This document shows positions 10,905 through 24,450 of a stretch of 64,000 nt of DNA, one piece after another. The stretch is from Eledone cirrhosa (taxonomy: Eukaryota): assembly GCA_964016885.1 (NCBI GenBank), contig OZ024758.1:26102001-26166000 (forward strand). Reading direction: 5' to 3'. Position 1 is the first letter of the stretch; each line of letters opens with the position of its first letter. Below the pieces are notes generated by a model that did not search any database, was not told the DNA's origin, and was given only the letters and a program-made list of their open reading frames with translations. The translations under genes and the position numbers were made by a program.

Positions 10905-11322
10905 AACGATATTTTTAACATAAACAAAGTAAGAAAACAGCACAGTTCCCATGACTTTCGGAAACATTTTTTCACTCTCAGAGTTGCTGAAGCATGCAAC
11001 AAACTAGCTGCATCAGTTGTTAGCTGTCGAGACACTGCATCCTTTAAGGCCTCCATGCTTCCCGAGATCCGCCAACACTACAGCTAACACATACACACAT
11101 GTACTTCCCTGACATTTGTGTATTATTCTATGTACTATACATACACCTTTGACGAGTTGTAGTGCACCTGAGCACTTTACACAATAATTTCATTATTATG
11201 TGTATATCATGACTCATGCACTGTTCATTTTCCTGATGTTTGTACACTACCCTATGTACTATACATACACTTTTTGATGAGTTGTGGTGCACCTGAGCAC
11301 TGTACACAATATTTCATTATTA
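10905..11322 (+). mobile_element. CR1-clade LINE 3' end with duplicated 3' UTR
   Basis: FRKHFFTLRVAEACNKL...; tail gtgcacctgagcact..acacaata.tttcattatta occurs twice; same family as 28050-29560. Confidence 0.7.
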
Positions 11323-11507
11323 TATAACTGCCCAGAGAAATAGTGATATGTGTGTCAGTCGTGAACAAATTTAAATTATTTTATACAAGGTAAATAACTG
11401 TCGTTCCATAATTGAGTTATTCCCCTTATAAATTCTGTCGCTTTTACAAGTGACAATTTATAATTTGTAATGGTTATTTGTTTCATACTTGTAGTCAAAT
11501 TTTGTCA

Positions 11508-11628
11508 ATAATTGTTTCTACTTTTGGCACAAGGCCAGCAATTACCCAATGCATTACTGGTACTTTATTCTATCGACCCCGGAAGGATGAAAGGCAAAGT
11601 TAACCTCGGCGGGATTTGAACTCAGATC
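11508..11628 (-). mobile_element. SINE S1, 5'-truncated
   Basis: Reverse complement of the S1 tail; flanked by the duplicated sequence attttgtcaataat. Confidence 0.8.
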
Positions 11629-11904
11629 ATTTTGTCAATAATGACAGCTATAGAACAGCAGACCTGCCAACATCTAAAAACCCAAAGGGGGACTAACATG
11701 AAAAACGGTGACCCCCAAACGGGGGAGAAATGAGGCAAAATGGGAAGATTTTACATAAGGAAAGCTATACACATTTTCACAAGAGAAGACATCTCTCACC
11801 CACCCCAAAGTGGGCAGGAGATCTCCCTATTGGGCGGGGAGAGTTGACAGATCTGGAACAGGTCATTGGGACTTCATAAACATAGTCTAATAAAGGTGAC
11901 ATTA

Positions 11905-13147
11905 GCTTTTCTGTTTTGGTATTCGTGCCAACCCTGACCTATGGTCATGATTCCTGGGTAATGACCGAAAAAATACGATTGCAAATACAAGCAGCTGAAG
12001 TAGGGTTCCTCCGAAAGATCTTTGGAGTAACGTTACTTGATAGGGTGCTTAGCTTGGAGATTAGAGAATCACTCCAGGCAGAGCCACTATTTCTCCGAAT
12101 TGAGAGATCACAGCTCCGATACTATGGACATGTGGTTAGAATGTCTCAGGAAAGAATTGCTTGAGTCACTTCAGGTAGAGCCACTACTTCTCCAAATTGA
12201 GAGATCACAGCTCCGATACTATGGACATGTGGTGAGAATGTCTCAAGAAAGAATTGCTTGAGTCACTTCAGGTAGAGCCACTACTTCTCCAAATTGAGAG
12301 ATCACAGCTCCGATACTATGGACATGTGGTTAGAATATCTCAAGAAAGAATTGCTTGAGTCACTTCAGGTAGAGCCACTACTTCTCCAAATTGAGAGATC
12401 ACAGCTCCGATACTATGGACATGTGGTTAGTATGTCTCAAGAAAGAATTGCTTGAGTCACTTCAGGTAGAGCCACTACTTCTCCAAATTGAGAGATCACA
12501 GCTCCGATACTATGGACATGTGGTTAGAATGTCTCAAGGAAGAATTGCTTGAGTCACTTCAGGTAGAGCCACTACTTCTCCAAATTGAGAGATCACAGCT
12601 CCGATACTATGGACATGTGGTGAGAATGTCTCAAGAAAGAATTGCTTGAGTCACTTCAGGTAGAGCCACTACTTCTCCAAATTGAGAGATCACAGCTCCG
12701 ATACTATGGACATGTGGTTAGAATATCTCAAGAAAGAATTGCTTGAGTCACTTCAGGTAGAGCCACTACTTCTCCAAATTGAGAGATCACAGCTCCGATA
12801 CTATGGACATGTGGTTAGTATGTCTCAAGAAAGAATTGCTTGAGTCACTTCAGGTAAAGCCATTACTTCTCCAAATTGAGAGATCACAGCTCCGATACTA
12901 TGGACATGTGGTTAGAATGTCTCAAGAAAGAATCACTGGACAGATTTTACGAGTAAAACCAACCGGCAAGAGACCCAGGGGTGGAACCAGAGCAAGATGG
13001 TTGGATAACATCCATGAGCTTGGCTAGATCTGCTTGTGGACCCAGCCAGATCAATTGGAGATGGTTGTATCTGATAGGACCAGCTGGAAGGTGTGCCTTG
13101 AGGACTCTGCTCCCACGACCCTCCCAGGAATATGTGGATGAGGGTGT
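11905..13147 (+). mobile_element. RTE-clade LINE 3' fragment containing a 97-bp tandem expansion
   Basis: VPTLTYGHDSWVM...AAEVGFLRKI...QLRYYGHVVRM...GKRPRGGTRARWLD. Confidence 0.8.
12065..12932 (+). repeat. 97-bp tandem repeat, about 9 copies, derived from RTE ORF sequence
   Basis: Unit gagtcacttcaggtagagccactacttctccaaattgagagatcacagctccgatactatggacatgtgg...gaattgctt. Confidence 0.95.
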
Positions 13148-13323
13148 AAATTTAAGAACTTGTAAATCATAATGTAAAAACATCAAAATTTCTTCATTTT
13201 CAAAGCATAGCCACTTTTTTGCAAGCTCATATATGTTTCCTCCTATGGTTAAATCAACAGAATGTTGTCATGTGCTTTCAAATAGTAGCTCTATAATTGC
13301 GATTAATTATGAAACGTTATAAT

Positions 13324-13487
13324 AGTCGGACACCATGCTTTGTAGCATCGAGTTACGGCCCTCTATGATCTTAGTTCAAATCCCGCCGAGGTTAACTTTG
13401 CCTTTCATCCTTACGGGGTCGATAAAATAAAGTACCAGTAATACACTGGGATAATTGCTGGCCTTGTGCCAAAAATAGAAACAATTA
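13324..13487 (+). mobile_element. SINE S1
   Basis: S1 body and tail. Confidence 0.8.
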
Positions 13488-13489
13488 TA

Positions 13490-16400
13490 ATATCATAGCT
13501 GAAATAATCAGTTTCTAGCTAATATGGAAGGACCAAATTATAGCTGATATAGAAGGATCAGTTCATAGCGAATATAGAAGGATGTGTTCATGGCTGATAT
13601 GGTAAGTCATAACTGAAATAATCAGTTTCTAGCTAATATGGAAGGACCAAATTATAGCTGATATAGAAGGATCAGTTGTGTTCATGGCTGATATGGTAAG
13701 TCATAGCTGAAATAATCAGTTTCTAGCTAATATGGAAGGATCAAATTATAGCTGATATAGAAGGATCAGTTCATGTCTGTGGCTGATGAGTTAGTCATCA
13801 AGACATAACTGATATAGGATCAGTTTATAGTTTGTGTAGCAGGATCAGTTCATAGTTAATCTGGTAGGATCAGGACATTACTATAGAAGGATCAGGATAT
13901 AGTTGATATAGAAGGATCAGGACATAGCTGATATAGAAGGATCTCTAGTTAATATATTGGGATCAGGTTGTAGCTGATATGGTAGGATCAGAATATAGCT
14001 GATATGGAAATATCAGGATTTAGCTGATATAGAAGGATCACGATATAACTGATATAGAAGGATCAGGATTTAACTGATATAGAAGGATTATAGTTAATAT
14101 ATTGGGATCAGTGCATAGCTGATATGTTAGGATCAGAACTTAGCTGATATAGGAGGATCAGTTCATAGTTAATCTGGTAGGGTAAAAACATAGCTGGTAT
14201 AGAAGGATCTGTAGTTAATATATTGGGATCAGGTTGTAGCTGATATAGAAGGATCAGGTTGTAGCTGATATAGAAGGATCAGGTTGTAGCTGATATGGAA
14301 GGATCAGGTTGTAGCTGATATGGAAGGATCAGGTTGTAGCTGATATAGAAGGATCAGGTTGTAGCTGATATGGAAGGATCAGGTTGTAGCTGATATGGTA
14401 GGATCAGGTTGTAGCTGATATGGAAGGATCAGGTTGTAGCTGATATGGAAGGATCAGGTTGTAGCTGATATAGAAGGATCAGGTTGTAGCTGATATGGAA
14501 GGATCAGGTTGTAGCTGATATGGTAGGATCAGGTTGTAGCTGATATGGAAGGATCAGGTTGTAGCTGATATAGAAGGATCAGGTTGTAGCTGATATGGAA
14601 GGATCAGGTTGTAGCTGATATAGAAGGATCGGGTTGTAGCTGATATAGAAGGATCAGGTTGTAGCTGATATAGAAGGATCAGGTTGTAGCTGATATAGAA
14701 GGATCAGGTTGTAGCTGATATGGAAGGATCAGGTTGTAGCTGATATAGAAGGATCAGGTTGTAGCTGATTTGGAAGGATCAGGTTGTAGCTGATATGGTA
14801 GGATCAGGTTGTAGCTGATATGGAAGGATCAGGTTGTAGCTGATATAGAAGGATCAGGTTGTAGCTGATATAGAAGGATCAGGTTGTAGCTGATATAGAA
14901 GGATCAGGTTGTAGCTGATATGGTAGGATCAGGTTGTAGCTGATATGGAAGGATCAGGTTGTAGCTGATATGGTAGGATCAGGTTGTAGCTGATATGGAA
15001 GGATCAGGTTGTAGCTGATATGGAAGGATCAGGTTGTAGCTGATATAGAAGGATCAGGTTGTAGCTGATATGGAAGGATCAGGTTGTAGCTGATATGGTA
15101 GGATCAGGTTGTAGCTGATATGGAAGGATCAGGTTGTAGCTGATATAGAAGGATCAGGTTGTAGCTGATATGGAAGGATCAGGTTGTAGCTGATATAGAA
15201 GGATCAGGTTGTAGCTGATATAGAAGGATCAGGTTGTAGCTGATATAGAAGGATCAGGTTGTAGCTGATATGGAAGGATCAGGTTGTAGCTGATATAGAA
15301 GGATCAGGTTGTAGCTGATTTGGAAGGATCAGGTTGTAGCTGATATGGTAGGATCAGGTTGTAGCTGATATGGAAGGATCAGGTTGTAGCTGATATGGTA
15401 GGATCAGGTTGTAGCTGATATAGAAGGATCAGGTTGTAGCTGATATAGAAGGATCAGGTTGTAGCTGATATAGAAGGATCAGGTTGTAGCTGATATAGAA
15501 GGATCAGGTTGTAGCTGATATGGAAGGATCAGGTTGTAGCTGATATAGAAGGATCAGGTTGTAGCTGATATAGAAGGATCAGGTTGTAGCTGATATGGAA
15601 GGATCAGGTTGTAGCTGATATGGTAGGATCAGGTTGTAGCTGATATGGTAGGATCAGGTTGTAGCTGATTTGGAAGGATCAGGTTGTAGCTGATATAGAA
15701 GGATCAGGTTGTAGCTGATATAGAAGGATCAGGTTGTAGCTGATATAGAAGGATCAGGTTGTAGCTGATATAGAAGGATCAGGTTGTAGCTGATATAGAA
15801 GGATCAGGTTGTAGCTGATATAGAAGGATCAGGTTGTAGCTGATATAGAAGGATCAGGTTGTAGCTGATATAGAAGGATCAGGTTGTAGCTGATATGGAA
15901 GGATCAGGTTGTAGCTGATATGGTAGGATCAGGTTGTAGCTGATATGGAAGGATCAGGTTGTAGCTGATATGGAAGGATCAGGTTGTAGCTGATATAGAA
16001 GGATCAGGTTGTAGCTGATATGGAAGGATCAGGTTGTAGCTGATATGGTAGGATCAGGTTGTAGCTGATATGGAAGGATCAGGTTGTAGCTGATATAGAA
16101 GGATCAGGTTGTAGCTGATATGGAAGGATCAGGTTGTAGCTGATATAGAAGGATCAGGTTGTAGCTGATATAGAAGGATCAGGTTGTAGCTGATATAGAA
16201 GGATCAGGTTGTAGCTGATATGGAAGGATCAGGTTGTAGCTGATATAGAAGGATCAGGTTGTAGCTGATTTGGAAGGATCAGGTTGTAGCTGATATGGTA
16301 GGATCAGGTTGTAGCTGATATGGAAGGATCAGGTTGTAGCTGATATGGTAGGATCAGGTTGTAGCTGATATAGAAGGATCAGGTTGTAGCTGATATAGAA

Positions 16401-17110
16401 GGATCAGGTTGTAGCTGATATAGAAGGATCAGGTTGTAGCTGATATAGAAGGATCAGGTTGTAGCTGATATGGAAGGATCAGGTTGTAGCTGATATAGAA
16501 GGATCAGGTTGTAGCTGATTTGGAAGGATCAGGTTGTAGCTGATATGGAAGGATCAGGTTGTAGCTGATATGGTAGGATCAGGTTGTAGCTGATATGGTA
16601 GGATCAGGTTGTAGCTGATTTGGAAGGATCAGGTTGTAGCTGATATAGAAGGATCAGGTTGTAGCTGATATAGAAGGATCAGGTTGTAGCTGATATAGAA
16701 GGATCAGGTTGTAGCTGATATAGAAGGATCAGGTTGTAGCTGATATAGAAGGATCAGGTTGTAGCTGATATAGAAGGATCAGGTTGTAGCTGATATAGAA
16801 GGATCAGGTTGTAGCTGATATAGAAGGATCAGGTTGTAGCTGATATGGAAGGATCAGGTTGTAGCTGATATGGTAGGATCAGGTTGTAGCTGATATGGTA
16901 GGATCAGGTTGTAGCTGATATGGAAGGATCAGGTTGTAGCTGATATAGAAGGATCAGGTTGTAGCTGATATGGAAGGATCAGGTTGTAGCTGATATGGAA
17001 GGATCAGGTTGTAGCTGATATGGAAGGATCAGAACAGAGCTGATATAGAAGGATCAGGACTTAGCTGATATGGAAGGATCAGTTCAAAGTTGATTTGGTA
17101 GGATCAGTTC
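13490..17110. repeat. 25-bp minisatellite (ggatcaggttgtagctgatatagaa); homogeneous core 14226-17030 (~112 units) with degenerate flanks
   Basis: Direct 25-bp periodicity; variants tagaa/tggaa/tggta. Confidence 0.97.
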
Positions 17111-17265
17111 AGTCAACAAAATCCCTTTGTGACCTATCCACACCCACCCACCCATAAAAAACGTTATTTTGTCTATGCCAAAAAAATCAACCCCAAAATA
17201 GCCCCAAAACACATTCATTCCGTACACATGTTTGGAGGGGCAGGGTTAATGAGGTTGTATAAGAT

Positions 17266-17375
17266 TAATTGTTTCTACTTTTGGCACAAGGCCAGCAATT
17301 ACCCAGTGTATTACTGGTACTTTATTTTATCGACCCCATAAGGATGAAAGGCAAAGTTAACCTCGGTGGGATTTA
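17266..17375 (-). mobile_element. SINE S1 fragment
   Basis: Reverse complement of the S1 tail. Confidence 0.75.
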
Positions 17376-17399
17376 AGATTAATGACATTTTAAAAGATA

Positions 17400-17711
17400 A
17401 CTTTCTTTTTATTTGCCACCAGGGCATCAAAAGTGGGACAAGTACAAAGGGGGGAGTTTACATGCAAAGGCGTCCTCAATATGGAGGAGGCAATAACAAG
17501 ATATAAAAGTATAAAAATAAAATAAAATATAACAAAATAAATTTTATAACAAAATCCTCAATAGGGAGGAGGCGCCTTGGGGGGTCGCACACACACCTGA
17601 AAAAAAGTGTGCAACCCTCCTCCTCAGGAGCACAGAGAGGGGGTGCGCCCTTGGTCTTTCATCTTCCTTACCTATAGTCTGATGTAGAGTGAAGGCCCAT
17701 TCACACGGGCC
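17400..17711 (-). mobile_element. 5'-truncated L1/Tx1 3' end with 19-bp TSD
   Basis: Similar to 18030-18285; TSD aatgacattttaaaagata at 17381-17399 and 17712-17730. Confidence 0.8.
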
Positions 17712-17980
17712 AATGACATTTTAAAAGATACTGGCAACAGAAACAACACGAAATTGCTACAACAGACAATCAAAATCTAGTTATATATTGTTGGCTTGTA
17801 ATTTACCTCCACCATACATCACATTCTCAGTCATTAGTCATTTGCTATGACTGTATCTGACTATTTTAGGGAGGAGGGACGGGGACGGGGGAGGGGGGGG
17901 GGGGCTGAAAGGAAGACAAATAGACAAACAGGTAGACAGATAGGTGGACAAACAGATAGGTAGATTAATGGATGAATAGG

Positions 17981-18022
<42 letters not shown>

Positions 18023-18243
18023 GATATATTTCTTTATTTACCATAAAGGCATAAAAAGAAGGGACAAATACAAAGGGGGAGTTTACATATAATCGAGTAA
18101 AAAGGGTGTAACATGAAAATAATCGAAAATAACCTCAAAAGGGAGGGGACGTGATGGGGGTTGCACACACCCCCGAAAAAGTGTGCAATCCTTTGCCCGG
18201 GGAGCACATGGAGAAGGTGCTCCCCTCTCCTTTACTTCTTTAC

Positions 18244-21200
18244 CTACAGGATGGTATACAGAGAAGGCCCACTTACACGAGCCATTCTCGCCACTATCAC
18301 CCACCTTTCATAAAACTGCCTGTGGCCAAGCACCTCTCTCTCCATTCTTATCCTTCTTCCGAAGTGATATCGGAAGAAGTAGACCAGACTATGTCCAGAG
18401 AGGAAGTTGCCTGACCTCAGACCTTTCAATCATGTCCACCAAACAACCTCTTTCAACATGGCTATTACGCACAGAAAAACCGCCTTTGCTTCCTTTGTGA
18501 AGAGGGGAGGCGGTTTGATTGTCATCACGGACTTGGCGGTCAATTGAATCGGCGCCACCCGCGACAGCAGTCGTTCGGCGTAGTCCCACAGATCAGCCAC
18601 GCCCGGACATTGCACCAATGCATGCGCAACGGTTTCTTCGTGACGCACGCATCTAGGGCAAATCTTTTTTGAGGGATCCCTGCCCGGGCGCCCGTGTCTG
18701 TAGAGCCTCTCTCGAACGGGTAGAGCCCCCCGGTAGCACTGCCAGGCCAGTGACTTCTGGAAGTTGTCCATTGGTCCTGGGCCGAAAGTCCTACCGAACA
18801 GGCTGGCCAGTTCGTCTTCTTCCATGTCCAGCGACTCTCCAAGGGTGTCATCGCCCCTGCTAGCCACCAGCCCTCTATAGAATGATGAGGTGGATTCTCC
18901 ACCGATGGCCTGGCCTGCTTGCCAGAGAGCCCTGAGCGCCTGAGCACACTCAGTGTGCCAGTCTCCCAGTTTTCCGGATCTTTGCTTGACCCAGGACTGT
19001 AGCTCGGTGAGCGAGACGAGTCTCGGAAAGGCTCGTTTCACGAACGGAGCCCACACCGGTTGACCAGTGAGGAATACCTGTAGGTGCCGTAGCCTTAATG
19101 CGTGCCTACGCATCATCAACCACGGCATCCCCAGCCCTCCTTTCGAAGGTTGTTGGCAGCAGATGGATCTTCTCACCATAGGAGGGCGCTTCTTCCAAAG
19201 AAATTGGAAGAGCATGCGTTCCATGGTGGTGAGTGTTTCCTTAGGGCAAGGCACGACAGTCAGGCGGTAGTAAGTGACGGACGCTATGTAAATGTTCGCC
19301 ACCTCCGCCCGGCCTTTTAGGGACAGCTTACACTTGGCCCATTTCTGGGTTAGTGCAAACACCTTGTTCGTAACCTCGTTCCAGTTCTTTTCCACCTGGA
19401 GGTCCGGTCCAAACCAGACCCCAAGCAACTTTACCGGGCCCTCCGTCCAGTGTCCGACGACACCGTCAGGAGGCATCGGTCTGCCTCTCCACGTTCCGAG
19501 TTGCAGCCCGATGGATTTTTCCCGGTTCAGTTTCGCTCCTGACAACCTTTCGTACTCCTCCAGTAAGGTACCGATCGCCTCGATCTCCGAGTCGGTCGAT
19601 ACCATTACTGTTACGTCATCGGCGTAGGCCGACACCGCTTTGCTCAATCCTGGTTCCAGGGGGATACCCTGCAACAACTCCAACTTCCTCAGTAAAGGCT
19701 CGAGAGTCAATACGTACAGAAGGGAGGAGAGAGGGCACCCCTGTCGAATGGATCGTGTGATTTCGAACGGCTTCGAAAGGTAGCCGTTCACCTTGATCCT
19801 AGAACAGATGTGGTTGCTATGTAAGGCAGTTATCCAGTCTCTGAAAACAGGACCGAACCCAGCCGCCGCTAGCACCGCATCCAGGTAACCATGGTCGACC
19901 CTATCGAAGGCCTTAGACTGATCCAAGTTGATCAGGGCCCCACCGAAGCCGGGTTTGTTGCCAACCCTCTCTATGATGTATCGCATGAGGTGGAGGTTAT
20001 CGTGAATGGACCTGGATGGGATAGCACATGTCTGCGCATCTCCCACCAGGCCACCCACGACAAGCGCCAACCTCTTTGCTAACACCTTGGCCAAAATCTT
20101 TAACTCTGTGTTTAGCAGGGTTATGGGCCGAAAATTATTTATACTATCTCCCTTGTTCTCGTCCTTCCTCACCAGCGTGACTACGCCCTTGGCTACAGAA
20201 CAAGGAATTCTCCCGTTCTGCCCAATTGCAGTAGACCGCTTCGAGGAGTTCGGAGAAGAAGACCGGCATTGCTAAATAAAGTTCGTAAGGTATATCATCG
20301 AGACCTGGAGATTTGCGTCTGCTGCATTGGCTCAGCGCATCTCCGATCTCATCAGCCGAGATTGGTCCCTCGCAGGACTCTGCCTCTTCGCTCGAGAGAC
20401 GCGGCAGGCCGTCGAGGTATGGACCGAAATCCACGCCCCGCCCGGACCCCCGCCTCCCCCGAACAATCGGGCAAAGTGCCTTTGAAAGGCCTCGCACATC
20501 TGCTTAGGCTCCCGGATCACCCGTCCATCTTCGTCTTGCAACGACCGGATGGTGGATCGATTTCCACTCTTAGCTTCTGTCACGCGGGCCCAGCCAACGG
20601 CTTTGGCCCCCTCATTACCTAGAGCACGTATTTTACTTCGAATGACGCAGCCTTCGTGCTTTGCATCGAAAAACTGGTTCAAGGCCGTCCTCGATGCCAG
20701 CACTCTGGCCACATCTTCGCTCTTGATTGCCTCTTCTAATTTACCTGTTAATTCTTTCTCGTTTCTATTCCTATCGGCAGCTAACATCTTGCTATAACTT
20801 ATTGATTCTGTTCTAATCTCTCTTTTGAGAGATGCCCACCATCGGTAGTTGACGATTGCACCCGTCAACCTCTCCTTAACTAATCTGCTAATCCGGTTTC
20901 TGTAAGTCTCTTTTGCCGGTAAAGACAAATTAAGTTTCCAGTAACCGGGACCCTGTCTATGTGTTTTCTCGAGATTGACCACGCAGGTCACTAATTTGTG
21001 ATCCGTGTAGCCAACCGTGCGCATTTCTGGACAGCTTAATATGTCCCTCTCCTTACTTCTAACTAAGAATCTATCTAAGTACGATCTAGATTGACCACTG
21101 TGGTTTCTCCAAGTCCAGGTAGGCACAGTTGGAAAATCTAGTCGATATCTATCGACCAAGTTAAAACGGTCGAGTAACCCCTTGAGGCTGTTACACCCCC

Positions 21201-21678
21201 CTCTATTAGGACATGCTCCTGCATAGTCCCAACGTGCATCTAGGATGTCATTCCAATCCCCCGCTAGAAGCAGGGAACGCGACGTTCCCAGAAAAGTCTC
21301 CAAACGCTGGAAGAAGTCGGGCCGTTCAGCTCCGAAAGGGGAGTAGACGGCGACCAGTCTCAAGGCCGCACTTTCACTACTGCCAACGTCTAGCACCAAC
21401 AAACGACCCTCCGGGTCCGAGTGCACAATCTGTACGGCAAGACCCAGGTGTTTTTGCAGCAGTACGACAACCCCACCCCCACCTCCAGGTTGACAGAGAG
21501 ATGCATGCACCTCAAAGTCATCGAAGGTGGGGGCCAGCTGCCGCACGACGCTGATTTGAGTCTCACAGATAACCATTACATTTATACTACATGACCTGAG
21601 GTCATTTAGAAGCTTTGCTTGCTTCCAAGTTGAGCCCAGGCCACGTGCATTCAAACATCCTACTCTTAACACATCCAT
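18244..21678 (-). pseudogene. Tx1 ORF2 (APE endonuclease, reverse transcriptase, C-terminal Zn finger) with two frameshifts (~20460, ~20200) and a premature TGA at 18430
   Basis: CLNARGL, LAGDWND, SYLDRFL, TDHKLV (APE); KSPGLD, FRPITLLNTELKIL, LDQSKAFDRVDH, RQGCPLS, YADD (RT); CPRC..EETVAHALVQC; the frame continues past the stop to 18244. Confidence 0.92.
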
Positions 21679-21711
21679 GTGGGCGGCAGAGCCAAAGGAG
21701 AGTGTAGAGAC

Positions 21712-23642
21712 CTACCTTTCCGCTTCCCGGGGTTCGGGTTGCACGACTTCCATGGGGTCGGGGGTGTTGGGTGAAGGGGTGTCTTGTGGTGGTGTGGGGT
21801 CGTCAGTGTGTGGTGGGGTTGGGGTGTTTGGAGTTGTGTTGGGGAGGGGAAGGGGAGGGGGAAAGCTTTTTAGTAGGACGCGGTTTATGGGTTTGACAGA
21901 GGGTGGTCCTACGTCCTCCTTAAAATCCTTTTTTAGTTTTTGGTAGAGGTTCATTGGGATCTTTATTAATTTTAAATGTGGGTAGTTTTCTGACGAAACA
22001 AGGTTTACACCTTCGGTTTGTACCGAAGGATTATTGTATATGAGTTCATTTAATTTATTATTGTTTATGTTGATGTAAGTATAGTGTAATGTCTTTTTTT
22101 CGGATGGTGTGAGTGTTTCGAAGAGGGGAGGGGCATGTTTGGTTTTGTTTGTTGCTGGAGGGGTGTTTTCTGTTTTGTTGGATTGTGTTGAGATTTGGGT
22201 GGGGGTTGTTTGGCCTTGTGTGTTTTGCACATGTTTTCTTTTTTTCCTTTTAATCTGTCTGAAGGACTCCGTTTCTTCCTCCGAATTCGTTGGGTTATCT
22301 TCAGTGTTGGAGGGAAGAGGTATGTTTGCTGGTAATGTTTCCGTGTTGGTTTTCTTTGTGGGGGAGATGGATGTCACTATGTTAGATTGTGTTGTGTGTT
22401 GTGTCTGCGGTGGTTGTGTTGTTTTATTGAGTGAGAGGTTGGGTGGGCCTGTATTTTGTTTTGGGGTAATGTGTTGTGACTGTTTGTGTTGTGGTGGTGT
22501 TGTGGTTTTACTGAGGGACGGGTTGGGTGGGACTGAGTTTTGTTGTTTGTTTATCTGTTGTGGTGGTGGTGGTGGAGCTGGTGTTGGTAGCAGGGTTTTC
22601 TTTTTGTTGAGTTGGGGACAAGCGGCCTTCAGGTGCCCTCTGCCTGCACAGATATGGCAGGACGGCCTTCTCCCCTCCACGCTAATGTTTATATACCCGT
22701 GGTCCTCTAATAGGATTCTGTCTGGTATTTGGGCGATGCGTTCAGGCTTCATTTGCACTACCAGCTCTATACCTGTTCCACTGAACGCATTGCCTGTGGT
22801 TTTCCCAATGGAAATCACGTTGTCATTCACTGGATCGATGAAGCCAGCTATGAGCCAGCAGTAGTCCACATCTGGCATCATTGCATCCAGCCATATGCGC
22901 TGAGTTCTTTTACCCATATAAGATGGATAAAAGGTAAAATTTTTCGAACGAATCGGTGACAAAGCACATTTTTTTGCCGCCGATTCGTTCTTCATGATAA
23001 TTGTAGGCTTCCATACAGTCTGTCTTTTCTTATGAAAGTGGTTTCATTTAGTACTTCTGTGAGTACTGTTTTGATATCTGCTTGAGAAGGCTGTTCAGGT
23101 TTTTTTGTACTGTTGTTGATGGTCCGAAACTTGACCGTTCGGCTTTCAATGTCTTTGGTGAATTCTTGAGGCATTTTTACCGATAAAATACCATTCTCTC
23201 CTTCACTTATGTATTGTTTGGCGTCTGTGATCCTTCGTGCCACATCTGAAATATTTTCCGGTATATAAGTCAAAGATTTCTTTGTTTTCTGTGCAAATGA
23301 AATCTTGTCGTCTGCTTTGCTTTCTGTTATGGTGTTATTTTCAAATGTTATTTTTGTGTTTGTTGTGTCTTTGTTTGTGTTATTAGTATTGTCATGCAAT
23401 TTTTCCAATTTTTTTTTTTCGTTGTTGGAATCCATGTCCAGATTTGTGTTATCGTCATTTTTTTTCTCCGCAGATTCGTCTGTTTTTATTTTAATTTTTC
23501 CTTCCTTCTCTATGACGTTAGTTGGGAAGGAAGGGGGGACTAAAGCGTGCGAGCTTACAACTCTTACCGCTGTCCCCCCACCACTATTTTCGTTCGCTGC
23601 GTTTAACATTTCTGTTAGACGATTGAAATTTTTTTGCCACAA
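21712..23642 (-). pseudogene. Tx1 ORF1 (gag-like, CCHC knuckle, long Pro/Thr/Gln-rich tail) split into two frames at ~22993
   Basis: CHICAGRGHLKAAC; ORFs 22992-23642 and 21712-22995 overlap at ATGA; lies directly upstream of ORF2. Confidence 0.8.
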
Positions 23643-23839
23643 AATTTTTTAAAACAGGTTTTTCACCTCTAGGAGGGGTAAAGATGAGCTGACCCACCGC
23701 CTGACAGTTCAGACGGGGGGTCAAGCTACACAATTGTATCAAAATTAGGTTTGAACTCACAAGATTTCCTCAATAAATTTGAACAAAACTTCTGCGCGAA
23801 GTGAATTACATCCACACTGTAGAACAGACGACAGCTAGA

Positions 23840-23841
23840 TT

Positions 23842-23930
<89 letters not shown>

Positions 23931-24105
23931 CAGGCAGGCAAGCAGATAGATAGATTACTCAACAGACAGATTGATAGACAAATATATATATATATATATA
24001 TACAAGATGTCTCCCCCTCTCCCACCACCACCACCACCAAAAAAGAATGTATACACATTTTGATTAGAGTGCTGTTGAAGTGTGTATACATTTTGGGGGT
24101 ACACC

Positions 24106-24176
<71 letters not shown>

Positions 24177-24242
24177 TTTCTATATAGATAGATAGATAGA
24201 GAGAGAGAGAGAGAGGGGGGGCAGGTATTTTGGGGGTACACC

Positions 24243-24315
<73 letters not shown>

Positions 24316-24334
24316 TGTTTCTATATAGATAGAT

Positions 24335-24407
<73 letters not shown>

Positions 24408-24450
24408 CAGGCAGACAGATAGGTAGATAGAGAGACAGACAGATAAAGAG
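23840..24450. repeat. Compound microsatellite (GATA)n/(TA)n/(GA)n
   Basis: Direct inspection. Confidence 0.95.

Larger units (their letters stand above)
18029..23838 (-). mobile_element. Near full-length L1/Tx1-clade LINE, disrupted, inserted in (GATA)n
   Basis: ORF1 with CCHC knuckle, ORF2 with APE, RT and Zn finger, AATAAA at the 3' end, (GATA)n on both flanks. Confidence 0.92.

Noticed and set aside
14226-17030. CRISPR-like regular repeats (also 53093-62954 and 36660-37846)
   Set aside because: No unique spacers, no cas genes, eukaryotic context
19067-23652. Plus-strand ORFs overlapping the Tx1 element (and 50136-52685 over the RTE)
   Set aside because: Antisense shadows of LINE ORFs with no recognisable domains
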